Part shown: positions 17,234-20,000 of the stretch, piece after piece
How positions within the stretch are numbered: position 1 is the first letter of the stretch
Layout: each line of letters begins with the position of its first letter
Source of the DNA: an uncultured virus (IMG/VR IMGVR_UViG_3300020727_000006)
Lineage: Duplodnaviria > Heunggongvirae > Uroviricota > Caudoviricetes
Length of the DNA: 20,000 nt
Direction: 5' to 3' (one strand)
IMG/VR virus record: IMGVR_UViG_3300020727_000006
Notes under the pieces: model-generated
What the model saw: only the letters and a program-made list of their open reading frames with translations
What the model was told of the DNA's origin: nothing
The model's database searches: none
Made by a program: the position numbers and the translations under genes

Positions 17234-18163
17234 ATGCTAACTAGACTACTCACTGTTGCAGCAGCAACGATTATTGGTACAGCAGCGTATGCTGCTGAAA
17301 TTACAGGTGCAGGTGCTACCTTCCCATATCCAATTTATGCAAAATGGGCAGATGCTTATAAGAAGAGTTCAGGCAATACCTTAAACTATCAAGCAATCGG
17401 TAGTGGCGCAGGTATTAAACAGATTGAAGCTAAAACAGTTACATTTGGTGCTACTGATATTCCAGTAAAGCCAGAAGACCTTGAAAAGAAAGGTCAGGTA
17501 CAGTTCCCAATGATCGTTGGTGGTATTGTTCCAGTTGTAAATCTTAAAGAAGTTGCAAGTGGCAAGCTAGTTCTTTCAACTGACATCCTTGCCAAAATCT
17601 ATATGGAAAAGATCAAGCGTTGGAATGACAAGGAAATTGCAGCAATCAATCCTGGTGTCACATTACCAGACCTTCCAATCATCAAGATTCGTCGTAGTGA
17701 TGGTTCGGGAACAACTTGGAACTTCACTCGTTTCCTAGCAGAAGCAAATGCCGATTGGAAGAAGACATATAACTTTGGTCAATCAATTGAGTGGGTAGGC
17801 GGTGCTATTGGCGCTAATGGTAACGCTGGCGTTGCAGCAAATGTTCAGCAAACCAATGGTTCAATTGGTTATGTAGAATATGCTTATGCAAAGCAGAATG
17901 ATCTTACTGTTGCTAATATGATTGGTAGCGATGGCAAGTCAGTTGCTCCAAGCCTAAAGGCTTTCCAAACTACTTGGCCAATGGTTGCTACTTCTTATAT
18001 CGTAATGTATAAGGAACCAGGCGATAGTGATGCTTCAAAGGCTGCAATCAAGTTCTTTGAGTATGGTTTTGCCAATGATAAGATGGCAGAAGAACTAGAT
18101 TATGTTCCGTTAACTGCTGCTCAGAAGGCGGATGTAAAAAAAGTTTGGGCTAGCATAAAATAA
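17234..18163 (+). CDS. pstS: Phosphate ABC transporter substrate-binding protein PstS
   Basis: Signal peptide; ITGAGATFPYPIYAKWA, NYQAIGSGAG, FGATD, RRSDGSGTT and IGYVEYAYA; SD AAGGAG. Confidence 0.96.
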   Translation: MLTRLLTVAAATIIGTAAYAAEITGAGATFPYPIYAKWADAYKKSSGNTLNYQAIGSGAGIKQIEAKTVTFGATDIPVKPEDLEKKGQVQFPMIVGGIVPVVNLKEVASGKLVLSTDILAKIYMEKIKRWNDKEIAAINPGVTLPDLPIIKIRRSDGSGTTWNFTRFLAEANADWKKTYNFGQSIEWVGGAIGANGNAGVAANVQQTNGSIGYVEYAYAKQNDLTVANMIGSDGKSVAPSLKAFQTTWPMVATSYIVMYKEPGDSDASKAAIKFFEYGFANDKMAEELDYVPLTAAQKADVKKVWASIK

Positions 18164-18198
18164 CTCTTGACATATTAAGTCAATAGATGTATAAAGAG

Positions 18199-18231
18199 AA
18201 GGTGAGAGGGAAAACCCTTTCACCTTTTTTT
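18199..18231 (+). terminator. Intrinsic terminator after pstS
   Basis: 12-bp stem AAGGTGAGAGGG-AAAA-CCCTTTCACCTT (one G-U pair) followed by a T run. Confidence 0.85.
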
Positions 18232-18257
18232 ATTTTTAAAAAAGATAAAAAAAGTTC

Positions 18258-18287
18258 TTGACAAATATTTTTTATCGTGTATAAATA
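18258..18287 (+). promoter_or_regulatory. Promoter of the leader/HNH/tRNA unit (sigma70-type, overlapping an exact TATAAATA)
   Basis: TTGACA (18258-18263), 16-nt spacer, TATAAA (18280-18285). TATAAATA at 18280-18287 equals the T4 late consensus. Confidence 0.75.
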
Positions 18288-18309
18288 GAACTACAAATTG
18301 AGAGCAAAC

Positions 18310-18396
18310 ATGACTAACACGCCTAAACATTATGATTATAACATTTGCCGCATGCCAGAAGGTTTCTGGATGGTGGGGGCGTGTGCCTTGATGTGA
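18310..18396 (+). CDS. Putative attenuator leader peptide, 28 aa (MTNTPKHYDYNICRMPEGFWMVGACALM)
   Basis: Lies just after the promoter with a weak SD (GAGAG, 18300-18304). Overlaps segments 1 and 2 of the alternative helices and stops 24 nt before the terminator stem. Confidence 0.6.
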   Translation: MTNTPKHYDYNICRMPEGFWMVGACALM

Positions 18397-18452
18397 TATG
18401 CACATCATAGTATGCACTTAGCCCCCGAAGCGAAAGTTTCGGGGGTTTTTTT
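18317..18452 (+). promoter_or_regulatory. Putative ribosome-dependent transcription attenuator
   Basis: 1:2 helix ACACGCC(18317-23)/GGCGTGT(18378-84). 2:3 helix GGGGGC(18375-80)/GCCCCC(18421-26), extended by GTGC/GCAC and TGATGTG/CACATCA. 3:4 is the terminator. Confidence 0.7.
18420..18452 (+). terminator. Intrinsic terminator (attenuator 3:4)
   Basis: AGCCCCCGAAGC-GAAA-GTTTCGGGGGTT, running into a T tract. Confidence 0.92.
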
Positions 18453-18552
18453 ATATCTACGGGACGCTACTCCCCACGCATAAGAGTAGCCCTTGACTAG
18501 TACTGGCTCCAAATGGACGCAGGTGGTTTCAGCAAGGCAAAATTTAATATTA

Positions 18553-18603
18553 TAGCACGATGGTTTTTTGAACCATCGTGCTAAATACTCTCAAAGGAGT
18601 ATT
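18553..18603 (+). promoter_or_regulatory. 13-bp inverted repeat, CTAAATA late-like promoter and SD-sequestering hairpin of the HNH gene
   Basis: TAGCACGATGGTT(18553-65)/AACCATCGTGCTA(18571-83); CTAAATA at 18581-87; AATACTC(18584-90)/GAGTATT(18597-603) pairs over the GGAG SD. Confidence 0.7.
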
Positions 18604-18605
18604 AT

Positions 18606-18992
18606 ATGCCAAAAGGTTTCGTATCATCAACTGCGGGAAAAAATTATAATAAAATAATTGAGGCGGCTCAAAAAAGAGCATTTTCGGATGAAATTGTATT
18701 TGTTGAAAATTCATCACATCCAAGACATAGAGTAAAAGAAAGATTAATAAATCGCAATTTAATACCGCATTTATGCGAAGAATGTAATCAAGATTCTAAT
18801 TGGAATGGAAAAAAATTAGTTTTACAACTAGATCACATAAATGGTATTAACAATGACAACAGAATAGAAAATTTAAGATTTCTCTGTCCTAATTGTCATT
18901 CGCAGCAGGATACATATGCTGCAAAAAACAAATTAAATGAGGATAGAAAACCAAAGAAATATTACAAGTCTAAAAGAGCAGGAATAAGTTAA
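18606..18992 (+). CDS. HNH endonuclease, probably a free-standing homing endonuclease
   Basis: CEEC...LQLDHINGINNDNRIENLRFLCPNCHSQ. The last 15 nt overlap the tRNA. Confidence 0.92.
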   Translation: MPKGFVSSTAGKNYNKIIEAAQKRAFSDEIVFVENSSHPRHRVKERLINRNLIPHLCEECNQDSNWNGKKLVLQLDHINGINNDNRIENLRFLCPNCHSQQDTYAAKNKLNEDRKPKKYYKSKRAGIS

Positions 18993-19052
18993 TTGGCAAA
19001 CTATCAGTCTCCAAAACTGAAATTTCCAGATCGTTGCTGGATTCCTGTGCCA
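18978..19052 (+). tRNA. trnW: tRNA-Trp (anticodon CCA) with encoded 3' CCA
   Basis: Acceptor GCAGGAA/TTCCTGT, D-stem AGTT/AACT, anticodon arm TCAGT-CTCCAAA-ACTGA, T-arm TCCAG-ATCGTTG-CTGGA, discriminator G, then CCA. Confidence 0.92.
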
Positions 19053-19060
19053 TTTTTCTC

Positions 19061-19088
19061 TTGACAACCTTAAAAAACATGATATATT
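19061..19088 (+). promoter_or_regulatory. Sigma70-type promoter, probably leaderless
   Basis: TTGACA (19061-66), 16-nt spacer, TGnTATATT (-10 at 19083-88). ATG at 19095 is 6 nt downstream. Confidence 0.7.
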
Positions 19089-19094
19089 AGTAAT

Positions 19095-19331
19095 ATGGCT
19101 AGAGCATCAAAACCGCTTAACAAACCCGTTATTCCAGAGGATACCTGTCCTTATATTGACATGGTAATTGACCTTACTGAAAAGATGGCAAGTGATCCTA
19201 ACTATGATTGGCGTAATGAACAGCAAATACTTGTCAAAGCACTGCTAGAATATGTGCGTGAAAGCAACCAAAAACTGCGAATTTCATCCAAATTCTGGTA
19301 TGAACAGTACCAAAAAGTGTCAAAAAACTAA
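19095..19331 (+). CDS. Hypothetical protein
   Basis: 78 aa behind a promoter; motifs IPEDTCPYID and LEYVRESNQKLR. Confidence 0.75.
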   Translation: MARASKPLNKPVIPEDTCPYIDMVIDLTEKMASDPNYDWRNEQQILVKALLEYVRESNQKLRISSKFWYEQYQKVSKN

Positions 19332-19375
19332 GTTTTTGTGTCAAAATATTGGCAAACCTGTCAAAAAAATAACAC

Positions 19376-19403
19376 TTGACAACAATTTTAACTATGGTAT
19401 ATT
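19376..19403 (+). promoter_or_regulatory. Sigma70-type promoter, near-duplicate of 19061-19096
   Basis: TTGACA (19376-81), 16-nt spacer, TGnTATATT (-10 at 19398-403). SD AGGAG at 19421-25. Confidence 0.7.
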
Positions 19404-19432
19404 AGTAATATACCGCAGTTCAGGAGAATTAT

Positions 19433-20000
19433 ATGCGCAAGATTGCCCTATTTTCCCATCACCCACAATGCTCCCGTGACTCCACAAACGGCATTATTGC
19501 CGCCCTAAGTGGTGCTTACGATGTTGAGACCTTTCGAGTAGATGATGACTTTGGCGCTATTTTGGGCGAGGCTGACATCGTAGCCTTTCCTGGCGGTATC
19601 GGTGACAGTCAGTCATTTGACCATCTGCTTGGTGACAAGGTAGAGATGATCCAAGACTTCGTAACGCATGGTGGCAAGTATCTTGGTATCTGCATGGGTG
19701 CTTATTGGGCTGGTAGCCACTATTTCAACCTGCTTGATGGCGTAGACGCTGTTCAGTATATTCGCCGTCCACAGGCTTGCACGGCTCGTCCATATGGCAC
19801 TGTGGTAGAAGTAGATTGGTGTGGTGACAAGGAAGCCATGTACTTCTATGATGGTTGTGCATTGGTTGGTAACAAGCGTAAGTTTGAGACTGTTGCTACC
19901 TATGCTAACGGCGATGCTATGGCTATTCGCCAAGGCAATGTAGGTATCATCGGTTGCCATCCAGAGAGCCAAGAGTATTGGTTTGATACATGGCAATATA
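19433..20000 (+). CDS. Class I glutamine amidotransferase-like protein (BPL_N-like), cut by the window end
   Basis: Read manually, not in the ORF track: MRKIALFSHHPQCS...IVAFPGGIGD...GGKYLGICMGAYWAG...IIGCHPES. The Cys nucleophile elbow and HPE motif are present. Confidence 0.85.
   Translation, partial: MRKIALFSHHPQCSRDSTNGIIAALSGAYDVETFRVDDDFGAILGEADIVAFPGGIGDSQSFDHLLGDKVEMIQDFVTHGGKYLGICMGAYWAGSHYFNLLDGVDAVQYIRRPQACTARPYGTVVEVDWCGDKEAMYFYDGCALVGNKRKFETVATYANGDAMAIRQGNVGIIGCHPESQEYWFDTWQY

Noticed and set aside
18220..18417. 65-aa minus-strand ORF across the leader region
   Set aside because: Runs through a plus-strand promoter and terminator; all regulatory signals here point in the plus direction.
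18461..18540. Possible second tRNA or HDV-like (theta) / hammerhead ribozyme
   Set aside because: No cloverleaf, since the CTCCAAA loop lacks a stem. I could not build the HDV nested pseudoknot or find a CTGATGA/GAAA core. Kept only as an unexplained structured RNA.
14840..18992. Restriction-modification pair (MTase + HNH)
   Set aside because: The genes are in separate transcription units with pstS and two terminators between them, and the HNH has homing-endonuclease-type regulation next to a tRNA.
18540..19000. Group I intron hosting the HNH gene
   Set aside because: The tRNA is uninterrupted and no P7 or other intron core elements or split exons are evident.
19613..19996. 127-aa minus-strand ORF from the track
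   Set aside because: Antisense shadow of the plus-strand amidotransferase-like gene, which has an SD and catalytic motifs.
1..20000. Stop-codon reassignment
   Set aside because: Genes are intact and tightly coupled under the standard code, TAA, TAG and TGA all end genes, and the tRNA anticodon is CCA rather than a suppressor.

Overview
This 20-kb, AT-rich, gene-dense window looks like an accessory region of a large or jumbo tailed dsDNA phage. Support comes from sigma70-type early promoters, recurring NTAAATA T4-late-like promoters and tightly coupled small ORFs; the PstS sequence and an E. coli-type Pho box suggest a proteobacterial, possibly alphaproteobacterial, host. Contents: glycan genes (three copies of one glycosyltransferase-like domain, UDP-glucose 6-dehydrogenase, two SGNH-like proteins), a family of small paralogous proteins, a DUF1281/YubB-like gene with an apparent ATT start, an AbrB-like regulator, a metallophosphoesterase, a 1119-aa tail-fibre-like protein with a CxxCxxCC partner, an operon of DNA methyltransferase + small protein + GREB1/TAGT-like glycosyltransferase, pstS, an HNH endonuclease overlapping tRNA-Trp(CCA), and a class I glutamine-amidotransferase-like gene cut by the window end. 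The top finding is 18258-18452, which has the full layout of a ribosome-dependent transcription attenuator: promoter, 28-aa leader peptide using 18 of 20 amino acids (plus an overlapping Trp-Trp frame), and mutually exclusive 1:2, 2:3 and 3:4 helices. It lies upstream of the HNH/tRNA-Trp unit, suggesting the phage switches on its tRNA when host translation stalls. All family calls are from motif recognition by eye; no searches or folding programs were run.
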